A DNA stretch of 64,000 nt from Truepera sp. (GTDB taxonomy: Bacteria; Deinococcota; Deinococci; Deinococcales; Trueperaceae), in assembly GCA_965218435.1 (NCBI GenBank), contig CBDCKW010000009.1, positions 992,001 to 1,056,000 of the forward strand, read 5' to 3'. Shown here piece by piece: positions 50,910-60,814 of this stretch. The notes under the pieces were generated by a model that was not told the DNA's origin, made no database searches, and saw nothing but the letters and a program-made list of their open reading frames with translations. The position numbers were made by a program, and so were the translations under genes. The stretch's first letter is position 1. Every line of letters begins with the position of its first letter.

Positions 50910-51460
50910 AAACTCTCCTTTGGTTAAAACGGCGCTTTGAGCAGTGTACCAGATACGTTATTGACAGATGTATCTACGTTTCTACTCGCAAGGTCAGCTT
51001 GTCAGGTACTTGTCAACGCCCCGTCAGCTCGAGGTTGGTGGACTGTTGGCTGAGGTGACCTGCAAAACCGTGTGCGAAACCGCTCACTATAAGGTTTATC
51101 ACAATTTGCTTAGTACACGGCAAAAAACAGTCTTACGAGTCTGGAACGGGCTATTCAGCCCTCTGAAAAGTAGCGGTCATGTCCCCCGAGACTGCTGTCT
51201 AGGACGATCTTTAAGGCGATCTACCGGGTCATGCTTAGGCAGACAAACATCTTCTTGTCTAGCTTATGCAACAAAGCACGTGTTGGACAAGGTTGCTAAA
51301 AAATTGTCGTGTACTTAGCACAGTTTGTTGACCCTATTGGGGCCACTTGTAGCTGACGATAGCCGCTACTGACAGGGCAAATGCCGAGTGACCTAAGCGC
51401 GGTAAGTGTGTATCCCTACGTCTGTAGCGTATCTATGCGCGGTAGGCGCACACCTTAGTT

Positions 51461-53323
51461 CTATGCGCGGTAGGCACGCACCGTGCCGTCTAGCGCGGCG
51501 ACAAAAAGCGTATCGCCCAAAACCAGCGGGCTTGCCTGAATAGGGTCTTGGCTGACTTGTTCAAGGAACAGTACCGCGCCGCGCCGCGCGTCTAGAACAA
51601 AGAGTTCACCCGTCTCGGTGACGACGTAAAGGATACCCCCGGCGAGGACCGGCGTCGCTGTCACGCGGCCCCCGAGCGGCGTTTCCCAGATGTCGTCGCC
51701 GGTTTGCAGCGACAAACAGCGCATCACCCCGGCCCACGAGACGCTGTAAACATACGGTCCCCAAACCAGCGGCGAAGCCCACAGCGGCCCTTCCATGTCG
51801 TAGCTCCAGAGCACCGTAAAAGTTTCTAAGCTAAACGCGTGCAGGTCGCCGCTACGTTCAGGTAACAAGAGGAGTTGCCCCTTCGCTGCAGGCTGCGCGG
51901 TAACCTCCCCGAACTCGACCTTAAACTGGCTCTGACCGTCCGGCCCGACCCCGTGTAGCCAACCGGAGCGCGTCAGGTAGCACACGGTATTAGACGCGGT
52001 CCCGCAAACTGTCGGCGCAGTCCTGGCAGGCTCGCTGGCGTAGTGCCACAGAGGAGCGTTGTGTAAAGTGCGGCGCTCGAGCCCCCCCTCGGTTGCCACC
52101 AACAAACTCCCGGCATACGGGACAAAGCCGGTTACCCCGGCGTCCGCACTGCGCCAGCGCAGTTCGCCCCCCGGCCAACGGTGGGCGCTCAAGCTCCCCG
52201 AGCGGCTTGTGTAGAGGAGCGTATCGCCGACACTCACCACGGCGCTATTGACCTCATCATCGGTTGCAAACCGAGTTTGCACGCTGCCGTCACTCGGATG
52301 CAGCACCACGACCTCTTCGCTGCGCAAACCCAGCAGCAAAAATCCGGCCGCCGCAGTGAGCGCCCCCGGCCACTGCGGGCCTTCGGTAAGCTTGATGTTC
52401 CAAACCCTGTGAAGCTTACCCGGATTGACCGGCCCACCAGAAAAGACACCGTGCTGCCCCGGACCCCCGAGCCGCTCTGCGCTGCTCTGCTGCACGGTCA
52501 CGGCCCGAATCGTCTTAAGGGCGTCGGCGACCCGTTCACCGGAGGCGGGGCGCTCGAGCGGATTTTTGGCAAGCAAACTGACAATCAAGTCAGACAAGCT
52601 TCGCGGCAACGCCGGGTTGAGGTCAATAGGTGGCGCGAGTGCGCCGTAAACGTGTTGATAAAGCAGCGTAAGGTCGTTTTCCGCCTCGAAGGGTGCGACG
52701 CCGGTCACCGTTTTATAAAGCACGGCTCCGAGCGCGTAGAGGTCGGTGTGCGCGCCCGTCGCGCCGCCCTGCGCCTGCTCCGGGGCCATATATTGCGGCG
52801 TGCCAAGGGTCAGGCCGGTACGGGTCAGCTGACGGCTCGATTCGGCGAGCTGGACCAAGCCGAAGTCCATCACCTTGGGGTGGCCCTCAGGCGTTAAGAG
52901 GATGTTGCGCGGGGTGAGGTCACGGTGAACCATCCCGAGCCGGTGAACATACGCGAGCGCCTCAGCCACTCTAATCGCAGCTTCCAAAAAGTGCAGCAGC
53001 GGTTCCGGGTCGGCCCCCACGGGTCCCAACTCGGTCAGCGGTCCGCCGGAAATCAGCTCCATTGCAAAGTACACGTGCTCACCCCGGCCGAGGTCGTAGA
53101 TACTGACGATGTTCGGATGGCTGAGTTTGGCGAGCGTCATAATTTCGCGGCGAAACCGTTCAGAATCGGCTTCGGTCAGGTGGGGCCGCAACACCTTGAG
53201 GGCGACTTCGCGCTCCAAATGCCGGTCAAATGCCCGGTACACGTGCGCCATGCCGCCCTGTCCCAACGCGCCGACGATTTCATAGCGTTCATCGAGCAGT
53301 TCACCGGTAGGGATACGTGACAC
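51461..53323 (-). CDS. Ser/Thr protein kinase with a C-terminal PQQ-repeat beta-propeller (RqkA-like)
   Basis: LGQGGMA, VALKVL, HRDLTPRN, DFG and GTPQYMAPE motifs; C-terminal ASP/ATP..G.LY..G...W repeats. Confidence 0.92.
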   Translation of the reverse strand: MSRIPTGELLDERYEIVGALGQGGMAHVYRAFDRHLEREVALKVLRPHLTEADSERFRREIMTLAKLSHPNIVSIYDLGRGEHVYFAMELISGGPLTELGPVGADPEPLLHFLEAAIRVAEALAYVHRLGMVHRDLTPRNILLTPEGHPKVMDFGLVQLAESSRQLTRTGLTLGTPQYMAPEQAQGGATGAHTDLYALGAVLYKTVTGVAPFEAENDLTLLYQHVYGALAPPIDLNPALPRSLSDLIVSLLAKNPLERPASGERVADALKTIRAVTVQQSSAERLGGPGQHGVFSGGPVNPGKLHRVWNIKLTEGPQWPGALTAAAGFLLLGLRSEEVVVLHPSDGSVQTRFATDDEVNSAVVSVGDTLLYTSRSGSLSAHRWPGGELRWRSADAGVTGFVPYAGSLLVATEGGLERRTLHNAPLWHYASEPARTAPTVCGTASNTVCYLTRSGWLHGVGPDGQSQFKVEFGEVTAQPAAKGQLLLLPERSGDLHAFSLETFTVLWSYDMEGPLWASPLVWGPYVYSVSWAGVMRCLSLQTGDDIWETPLGGRVTATPVLAGGILYVVTETGELFVLDARRGAVLFLEQVSQDPIQASPLVLGDTLFVAALDGTVRAYRA

Positions 53324-53917
53324 GCGTTTAGGATAACGTGTTTCTCTAGGGTATGGCGTTCCAGTGTTCTAAGGTTTGGTTATAAACGTTTTGTTATAAG
53401 CTAAGGCCGAGCTTGACTTTATACTGCGATACTTTAGAGGGTAATAACATACTTAAAACCCCTATACTCGCCTCGAGTTACCCCAAAGCCGCTGAGGTTT
53501 ACCACGAAGGTTACAGCAGTCAAAGCTACTGAACCGTCCGTGCAACCATTAGGGTGAACGACTGTGTAAAGCGTCCAAAGAATCTTGTAAGGCGCACCTC
53601 GTCTCTATCTTCTTTCGCGCTTGATATAAGCAGAAGCTTTGACGAGGTTAAAACAAATGCACAACCGTTCCTGCCAACAAGCCAGCCATCACAAAGTTAA
53701 AGAGAAGTGAGGCTCTTGGATTGGTCAAAAAGCGTCTAATAACAACTCCAAACATGGCCCAGACTAAGAAGGGGTAGCTATTTGACTAAGCAGGCTATAC
53801 TCAGTCGCATTAGACCAGGTTAAGGTGACAAGGCCACGGCGCGAAAGGACGAGTCAGCACAGTTTGAGAGACACGACGATGATTCTGCTGGCATTTCGCC
53901 GTGGTCTGCCGGCGGTG

Positions 53918-55117
53918 TCAGTTAGGGGTTGGGTTGGCCTGCTGTGAGCGTGCCACGAGCAGAAGATAGCCCGCGAGAGCAAACAGCACGGCTCCCATCC
54001 AGTACGGCGCTCCCGGCATCACACGTTCGTAAACCGCACCAGCCCAGAGTGGGCCAAACACGGTCATGCAGCTTGCCAGCGCAGTATTGACGCCCAGCAG
54101 CGTGCCTTGCTCACGCCGCGCGACGCGAGCCGTCATCAGCACGGCGGTGGTCGGGAACACCAGGCCGCTGGCGCTGCTACGCAGCACGCTGATCGGAACG
54201 ACTAGCCATAGCCCAGGCATGACACACATCGCCAGCGCACCAAGTGCGAGTACGAGCAGGCTGCTCCTAGCGACGCGCTGCTCGCCGAAGCGCGCAACCA
54301 GCGGCCCGACGAGACGCTGCACCAGCACGAGCGTGACTCCGGCGCACGCCAAAAGTGCCCCAAGTTGCCACGGCTGCGCGGCAAAGCACTCGATTAGAAA
54401 CAAGGGTTCGGTACTGCTTATGCCCTGAAACCCGAAGTTGAACAGGCAAATTACCAGCATCAAGCTGCCGAGCCCCGGTCGGCCGAAAAAGTCAAGGATC
54501 GCGCCGAACGGGTTGAAATCACCCAGCTGCAGCCGCCGCGCCTCACGCCGCTCGAGCGGAAGCGACTCGGGTAGCCAGAACAAGCTGAGCAGCAGACTAA
54601 CCAGCGTCAGACCGGCAGCTAGATATGCCGGAGCCTCGATCCGCCATTGCCCGAGCGCCGCTCCAACTGCCGGTCCCACCACCAAGCCGACACCCCACGC
54701 CATACCGACCAGCGTAAAATCCTTGGCGCGTGATTTGTCGGTCGTAACATCGGCAATATAGGCTGTGGCGACCGATTGATTGCCGGCCGTGAGGCCGTCA
54801 ATGAGCCGCGAGAGCAGGACGAGCCACAGCGCCCCGCTGACACCTAGCACCAGGTAACCGATAGCCGAGCCGAGTAGGCTGATGAGCAACACCGGACGCC
54901 GTCCGAAAATATCGCCAAGCCTGCCGAGCACCGGCGCTGCGAAAAACTGCGCGGCCGCATAAATGACCGTCAGCAGCGTTACCATCAGGGCATCGTCGCT
55001 GTAGCGCAGCACGATGAACGGTGCAACTGGATAGAGCATGCTGAGGCCGACCACGTCCAGCAGCAAAATGGCAAAGATCAGCCCCAGTGCCGCTCGCGGC
55101 CGTTTACGAGGCGGCAT
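53918..55117 (-). CDS. TetA-like MFS efflux transporter
   Basis: GRLGDIFGRRPVLL, SRLIDGLTAG..AYIAD and GPAVG motifs; start taken as ATG 55117. Confidence 0.9.
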   Translation of the reverse strand: MPPRKRPRAALGLIFAILLLDVVGLSMLYPVAPFIVLRYSDDALMVTLLTVIYAAAQFFAAPVLGRLGDIFGRRPVLLISLLGSAIGYLVLGVSGALWLVLLSRLIDGLTAGNQSVATAYIADVTTDKSRAKDFTLVGMAWGVGLVVGPAVGAALGQWRIEAPAYLAAGLTLVSLLLSLFWLPESLPLERREARRLQLGDFNPFGAILDFFGRPGLGSLMLVICLFNFGFQGISSTEPLFLIECFAAQPWQLGALLACAGVTLVLVQRLVGPLVARFGEQRVARSSLLVLALGALAMCVMPGLWLVVPISVLRSSASGLVFPTTAVLMTARVARREQGTLLGVNTALASCMTVFGPLWAGAVYERVMPGAPYWMGAVLFALAGYLLLVARSQQANPTPN

Positions 55118-55958
55118 ACGGATGACCTGCCGATGTAGCTGCTGAAGCTGCGCGGCGAATCGGCCACTGCACCTCGGTGCGATACGTCGGTGCCTGGCCG
55201 GACGCAGGGGCGCACAGATACAGCTCGCGCGGCGGGCCGCTACGCTCGTAGCCATGCTCGTCAATCCACTCGAGCACCGCCCAGTAGACCGCCCACAGGT
55301 CAGTGTATGGGCCAACGTGTACCGAATACGCAACGGTACTGCTTTCCAGGACGTGAACAGCGATACGCCCCGATCCAGCGATGGGCTGGGTGAGTGGTAC
55401 CGCAATTTCGCTGTCTACCGTCTCATCGCTCCAGGCATGCGAGATACGCAAGCCGGCAGCGGTTGCGTCATGTGCCCCAAGCCCTGCTGTATAGCGTTCC
55501 AACTCGGCGAGCAGCTCAGGGATGCGCTGCTGCTCGTCTTCGGGCGTCGTGTGGAGGCGAACACCGGCGACAAGGAGCTCGGCCACCGCTTTAACCTGCA
55601 CGCTGAACACCAGATCATCGTCCTGATGATCGATGACCTGCTGCAGCAGCTGTAGGGCCTGCTGGTCTTTTAAGATACGTTCGTTGATACGTTGCTGCTG
55701 CTCGAGCAGCCGTACTTTCATGGCCCCAGGGGTAGGGGCGTGTACCACGGCGTGGACCGAGTCGAGTGACATGTCAACCGAGCGTAGCAGTCGGATACGG
55801 CGCGCCAGCGGAAGTTGGGTGATGCTGTAGTAGCGGTAGCCCGAAGCGGAGTCGATAAACGCTGGCCGTAACAGGTCCATCGACTCGTAAAGATGCAGCG
55901 CCTTGATGCTTAGCTGCGTTATCTGGGCAAAACTGCCGATTGAGATTAGATTGTGCAT
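55104..55958 (-). CDS. MerR/BmrR family regulator with a GyrI-like effector domain
   Basis: SIGSFAQ..SIKALHLY..LLRP..SGYRYY; HVGPY, GPPRELY and TEVQWP motifs; AAGGAG RBS. Confidence 0.9.
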   Translation of the reverse strand: MHNLISIGSFAQITQLSIKALHLYESMDLLRPAFIDSASGYRYYSITQLPLARRIRLLRSVDMSLDSVHAVVHAPTPGAMKVRLLEQQQRINERILKDQQALQLLQQVIDHQDDDLVFSVQVKAVAELLVAGVRLHTTPEDEQQRIPELLAELERYTAGLGAHDATAAGLRISHAWSDETVDSEIAVPLTQPIAGSGRIAVHVLESSTVAYSVHVGPYTDLWAVYWAVLEWIDEHGYERSGPPRELYLCAPASGQAPTYRTEVQWPIRRAASAATSAGHPYAAS

Positions 55959-55978
55959 CCACCGCTCCTTTGAGTGCC

Positions 55979-56009
55979 ACTTTACAGTCGCCCCTAAGGG
56001 ACGAGTCAA
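55979..56009 (-). promoter_or_regulatory. MerR-type promoter with a 19-bp spacer and dyad
   Basis: TTGACT-19 nt-TAAAGT with the dyad TCGtCCC-tta-GGGgCGA. Confidence 0.8.
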
Positions 56010-56235
56010 GGATTGCCGACGAACTCCATCAGGGCTAAATTTAATTACGCCTGTTTGAACTGCTACCTATACCCCGTGGCTGATCGACGACTTTTATCTC
56101 TTGACCTTGTGGCAGCCGTTTCGCAAACGTAGGGTAGGCTGGATTTTGACTGTGTCTCGAGCAGCGGCTCGTGGCATGAAACCTCCGTAACCTCTACACC
56201 CACACTGATCTTCACCCGCTTTTATGGAGTCGTAG

Positions 56236-57116
56236 TTAAGCAGCTTGAGAGAAGTGTACCCGTTCAAAATTGTCAGGAGATAGAAACCCCAGAGAGGAGT
56301 GCCTACGCTTGGCGTTGTAGAAACCCTCTAGGTAGCTGAAGATGCTGGTCTTAGCCTGCTGGCGGGTCTGGTAATTTGCGCCCTCGACCTCTTCGGTTTT
56401 CAGAGTAGCGAAGAACGATTCGACGACGGCGTTGTCATAACAATTCCCTTTGCCCGACATACTTTGTGTGATGCGGTTGGCTGCGAGCTCGGCCCTAAAA
56501 GCACGACTGGCATATTGGCTGCCCCTATCTGAATGATGCGTCAGTGTCGCCGTATCGGGCCGCTGCCGCGTCGCCATCGTCAACGCCGAGAGGGTGAGGT
56601 CATCGGTGAGTCCGTCGGAGAAGGCCCAGCCAATGACTTTGCGGCTGAAGAGGTCGAGCGTCACCGCCAGATACAACCAGCCCTCGGCGGTGGGTAGGTA
56701 GGTGATGTCGCTGGCCCAGAGGGTGTTGGGGGTTGCCACGTCGAAGTTCTGCTCAACGAGATTTGCTGCTTTAGGGCGCGAGTGCTGGGAGGTCGTGGTG
56801 GTCTTGAACTTTCGTTTCGTCTTGCCCCTAATGCCTGCTGAGCGCATCAGACGGGCGACGCGCTTGCGCCCGACCTTGTGTCCGGCAGCCCGTAAGTCCT
56901 TGTGGATGCGCGGCGAGCCGTAGGTGCAACGGCTCCCGCAGTGGAACATCACGATCTTCTCGCTCAACGTTTCGTCCTCCCTGACTCGCTCCTGACTCGC
57001 TGGCTTTTTCCTCGCCGTGACCAGGCGTAGAAGCCGCTGACCGACACGGCCAACACCCCGGCCATCAAGCTGACGGCCCAAAAGTTACGGTGTTCCTTGA
57101 TGAAGGTGTACCTCAC
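56236..57116 (-). pseudogene. IS3 OrfB (DDE transposase) frameshifted by an 11-bp tandem duplication
   Basis: WASDITY, HSDRGSQY and DNAVVESFF motifs; CCTGACTCGCT x2 at 56980-57001 breaks the frame. Confidence 0.85.
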
Positions 57117-57412
57117 CGACTTTCCCCGGCAAAGAACTTGACCGCTTTTTTTAAGATGTCACGCTCCTGTATCACCCGCTCGAGTTCTTTTTTCAAGCGC
57201 ACGTTCTCTTGCTGCTCGGCGGTTAAAGCGACCTTGCCGTTCCCGGGAAAGGCCAGCTCGCCGCCCTCACGCGCCTGTTTCCGCCACTTGTAAAGGCTGT
57301 AGTCGGACACGCCCAGTTCCTGGGCGATCTGAGCCACGCTTACCCCCGCTTGTTCACTCAACCTGACCGCTTCGCGCTTGAATTCCGCCGTGTAGACCCT
57401 ACGTTCTTTCAT
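57113..57412 (-). CDS. IS3 OrfA
   Basis: YTAEFKREAV..IAQELGV..KWRK; ERDILKKA with an A7G slippery site. Confidence 0.9.
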   Translation of the reverse strand: MKERRVYTAEFKREAVRLSEQAGVSVAQIAQELGVSDYSLYKWRKQAREGGELAFPGNGKVALTAEQQENVRLKKELERVIQERDILKKAVKFFAGESR

Positions 57413-57490
57413 ATCGCCTCCATTGTGCATCAGAGGCTTAACTCGGTCTCCGTTTTATCGGGTGAACATCACACGGAAAAGGATGGCTGA

Positions 57491-58360
57491 ATGTCTGACC
57501 TTAACCAGCGAACTATTTTAATTACAGGCGCGACCGATGGCGCGGGCAAACAGACGGCACACGATCTGGCTGAGCGAGGCGCAACCCTGCTACTGCACGG
57601 ACGAGACCGTGCCAAAGGTGAAGCTACACTCGGAGATATACGCCGAGCGACGGGCAACGACCGACTCACGTATTATCTCGCTGATTTTTCCTCGCTTACT
57701 GAGGTGCGGCGGCTGGCTGAGGAGCTGCAGACCGATCACGAGAGCCTGGATGTCCTTATCAACAACGCGGGCATCGGTGGGGGCAAGCAGGGTGAGGCGC
57801 AGCGGGAGGTGAGTAACGACAGCTACGAATTGCGTTTCGCGGTCAACTACCTCGCGCCCTTTTTGCTCACGCGCCTTCTGCTGCCCGTGTTGCGTAAGGG
57901 CGCGTCGCCTCGCATCGTCAACGTATCATCGGTCGGTCAGCGCCCCATTGACTTTGACGACGTGATGCTCGAGCACGCCTACGACGGCATCGACGCCTAT
58001 TGTCAGAGCAAACTTGCCCAGATCATGTTCACATTCGACTTGGCTGAACAGCTCAGGGGCGACGGCGTTACCGTCAACGCCTTACATCCAGCTTCGCTGA
58101 TGAATACCCGCATGGTCAACGAATCGTTTGGACAAGGAAGCGCGACGAGCAGCGTAGCGGAGGGGGCGGAGGCTATTGTCTACGTGGCGACCTCCAGCGA
58201 CCTATCGGGGATCACGGGTCGCTATTTCGATCAGCAGCGGGAAGCTCGAGCTAACGCCCAGGCTTACGATAGTGCGGCCAGAAAGCAGCTTCGAGAGCTT
58301 TCAGAACAGCTTACCGGTCTGTACCCTCAGGGCTACCGCAAAGTCCGAAACGGCTTTTGA
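57491..58360 (+). CDS. SDR family oxidoreductase
   Basis: ITGATDGAG, INNAG and YCQSK motifs. Confidence 0.92.
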   Translation: MSDLNQRTILITGATDGAGKQTAHDLAERGATLLLHGRDRAKGEATLGDIRRATGNDRLTYYLADFSSLTEVRRLAEELQTDHESLDVLINNAGIGGGKQGEAQREVSNDSYELRFAVNYLAPFLLTRLLLPVLRKGASPRIVNVSSVGQRPIDFDDVMLEHAYDGIDAYCQSKLAQIMFTFDLAEQLRGDGVTVNALHPASLMNTRMVNESFGQGSATSSVAEGAEAIVYVATSSDLSGITGRYFDQQREARANAQAYDSAARKQLRELSEQLTGLYPQGYRKVRNGF

Positions 58361-58538
58361 AACGAAAGTTTGACGAAGATAGAGGTTCAGGTTGAAAAGC
58401 AGTTTAACGACGTTTGCCGGCTTTACTCGCGAGGCTGCGCTTTTAGAAAAGCCATTTGTCCCTATGACTTACTGGGATGCCGACTTTGCGGTAGCCCTGA
58501 GCCGTTAGGCTGCGTAGTTACTAAGAACACTGTGTGTG

Positions 58539-59756
58539 CAGGCTTTTATCATCACCCCAAACCGAGCAGCTCGAGGGCCAGACGAGGTTGAGCATGGCAA
58601 CGCCTCGTCTGGCGTAGGACTTGTTTGTGTCCTTTCAGGTGAAAGAGACTGAGTAGCAGGTTACGAAGAGCAGCAAAGGCTTGGGCAGCTTTGCGGACAC
58701 GACAAGCATCTTCTTTCCAGATCGTGTCACGTTTATGATGCGAGCGGTTTTCTATCTGCCAATGGCCTCGCCACCACTTGTAAAGTGTGGCGGCCTCAGC
58801 ATGGGTGCTGGTGAGGGCATATTCGACTTCTTGAAAGCGAAGCTCACCAGTAGCTTTAGCTATTACCGTACGGACGCAGCGAACAAACTGCTGAGCAGCG
58901 GGAAAGTTGTTGGTCAACTCAGGCGGTGCCGGGCGGGTTTCAAGCTCGCGCAGCCACAGTTCGCCGCTACGCACTTCACTTGTTTCAAAGCGACTATCTT
59001 GCTTGCAAGACGGTAAACTGAACGCCCACTCAGCATTAGCTTTGACGTCGGCAAGGTTATCTTTGAGGTCGAGCAGATACGAGCCGCGCTGATCGAGAAT
59101 CGTTTCTACCAAAGGGCGCTCGGCAAAAGCAGCATCACCGGTGAATAGCCAAGGCAGCGTTCCGAGTCCTGGCAGCTGACTGAGCAGCCGTTGTGCCGTT
59201 TTAGCTTCTGTACCTTGAACGGAGGTCTGACCCAGGCTAAGTCCCACATCATGAATAAAGCAGGACAAAAGTTGTCTGGCTTGCTCACCCTGGCGGGGAC
59301 GTTTAGAACCTCTGACTCGTTTACCGTCTATGCCTAGGCATACCAGTTCTCCGGGCGTTCGCACCTCGCTAAGCACTGCAAATGACCAACGCTGCAAGTG
59401 ATGTTCAAGGTCTTCTATACGTTCTTCTAAAGTCCAGAAAAAACGGTATAACGTCGCTTGTGAAGGCAATCGCCGCTGCCCCCGAAGGTCTCTAAAGCCC
59501 AGCGTGAATAAACTCTCCTGTTGATCGTCTAACCACTGGCTAATGGCTAAGATGTTCTCCGACTTGGCACCGACCACCATCAACACCAGCTTAAAGAGCA
59601 TCTCAAAGGAGTACTGACAACGCGCCTTGTCACGCCGGTCTATTACTTTTATGACATACGGCAAGGGGCTTGGTATATTTCCTCGATGCGTGGTCTCCAT
59701 AACTACGCATCATTCCTTTGGCCGCTCCCTTTTACAACCTTGGTGATAAAAGCCTG
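58539..59756 (-). mobile_element. ISAs1 family element
   Basis: IRs CAGGCTTTTATCA; 8-bp TSD TGTGTGTG at 58531-58538 and 59757-59764. Confidence 0.92.
58552..59700 (-). CDS. ISAs1 transposase
   Basis: IDGKRVRGS, TGDAAF, LKDN and RGHWQIEN..H.KRD...ED motifs. Confidence 0.9.
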   Translation of the reverse strand: METTHRGNIPSPLPYVIKVIDRRDKARCQYSFEMLFKLVLMVVGAKSENILAISQWLDDQQESLFTLGFRDLRGQRRLPSQATLYRFFWTLEERIEDLEHHLQRWSFAVLSEVRTPGELVCLGIDGKRVRGSKRPRQGEQARQLLSCFIHDVGLSLGQTSVQGTEAKTAQRLLSQLPGLGTLPWLFTGDAAFAERPLVETILDQRGSYLLDLKDNLADVKANAEWAFSLPSCKQDSRFETSEVRSGELWLRELETRPAPPELTNNFPAAQQFVRCVRTVIAKATGELRFQEVEYALTSTHAEAATLYKWWRGHWQIENRSHHKRDTIWKEDACRVRKAAQAFAALRNLLLSLFHLKGHKQVLRQTRRCHAQPRLALELLGLG

Positions 59757-60421
59757 TGTGTGTGCCGTAATCCTGCGCCCAGTTTACGGATAAACTTAGG
59801 ACTAACTTTTGTTTTGGTACGTGCTACGTTTGCCAGTGTTGAGCAAAAGGAAACAGGTTATTCTCTAAACGCTGAATAAAGTCTCTACCTGCTGCCTGTA
59901 CCCTGGCCTGATGTGCTGCGGAGTCAATCCCTACGGCTAAGCGTTGTGCGAACTCTCCTTCATCTTTACCAGTGCCACTGACCCTGTGCGTCTGCTACGA
60001 CGTCGAGTGCATAATCCCTTGTATCAATCCCGATAGGCGTTCTTGCAAAGGGGGCCTCGAGGTTCCCGTAATACGAGCTGAACGCTCCCTGCTCGTTGTA
60101 GAAAAACCAAACAGAGTAAAAGGTATAGGGCAGATAAAGACGTACTGTGCCTTGCTACCACGCCAAAACTTTGTAAAAACGCTGTGTTGAAGTCGCTGAG
60201 GATTCAACCGCTGCTACGCGTTTGTCCGAAGCTACGGCGTAGTTATCTCTAAACGGAGTGCCTTTGGCGATGTAAACGGCCAGATATTTTTCCGAATCTT
60301 CAAGGCAACGTGCCGGGATAGCCGCCGTAACCGTACCATCTGAACGCGCGATGTTGCGTAAAATTAAGAATATCGCCTTTTAACCAGTCATTCATCGTTT
60401 GCTCGGTCGCTGCTCGAGCAA

Positions 60422-60646
60422 TTACTCGTCCGGCGTTTCGTTTTCTGCTAAGGCGCTCAGCAGTTTAGGGTCGAGTTCACCTTGCTCAACGGCTTTGTTA
60501 AGCATCTCAATCCCTAACCGGACTACTTCGGACTTCGATACCAAACGTTCGGGGTTCGAGAGCTGATAGGCCGTTTTGGTCAGTAGCGAGTCCTGCTTTT
60601 CGGTGATGACCACCTGCAGCCGTTTGCTCTTTTCGCGTTTGGGCAT
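60422..60646 (-). CDS. Small ribbon-helix-helix-like regulator divergent from murA
   Basis: KRLQVVIT beta-strand followed by two helices (SKSEVVRLGI); GGAGG RBS. Confidence 0.75.
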   Translation of the reverse strand: MPKREKSKRLQVVITEKQDSLLTKTAYQLSNPERLVSKSEVVRLGIEMLNKAVEQGELDPKLLSALAENETPDE

Positions 60647-60685
60647 CGTTCCCTCCACGTCAAGTCTAGCATCACCTTACACACC

Positions 60686-60714
60686 TTGACAATGACGGAT
60701 ATACCACTTAAAGT
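60686..60714 (+). promoter_or_regulatory. Putative murA promoter
   Basis: TTGACA-17 nt-TAAAGT. Confidence 0.65.
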
Positions 60715-60814
60715 TTCTGTGTGTAACTTGTGTATATGATGTAGCATCTTCCCGGGTTTGCGTCTCTGTAAGATGCTACCCTGGGGTGCGCCGACGGCGC
60801 TTAGTGAGGAGACG

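Larger units (their letters stand above)
56206..57471 (-). mobile_element. IS3 family element
   Basis: Imperfect IRs TGATCTTCACCCG / TGATGTTCACCCG (TG...CA ends); 3-bp TSD CAC. Confidence 0.93.

Noticed and set aside
50968..51318. 116-aa ORF upstream of the ABC operon
   Set aside because: Atypical composition, no RBS and no recognisable family.
55118..55405. Long N-terminal extension of the MFS ORF overlapping merR
   Set aside because: MFS similarity starts near ATG 55117; the extension is an ORF-caller artefact.
59765..60420. About 650-bp gene-free region, checked for ncRNA, CRISPR and repeats
   Set aside because: Only a short GTTAT(T)CTCTAAACG repeat was found; no array or convincing structure.
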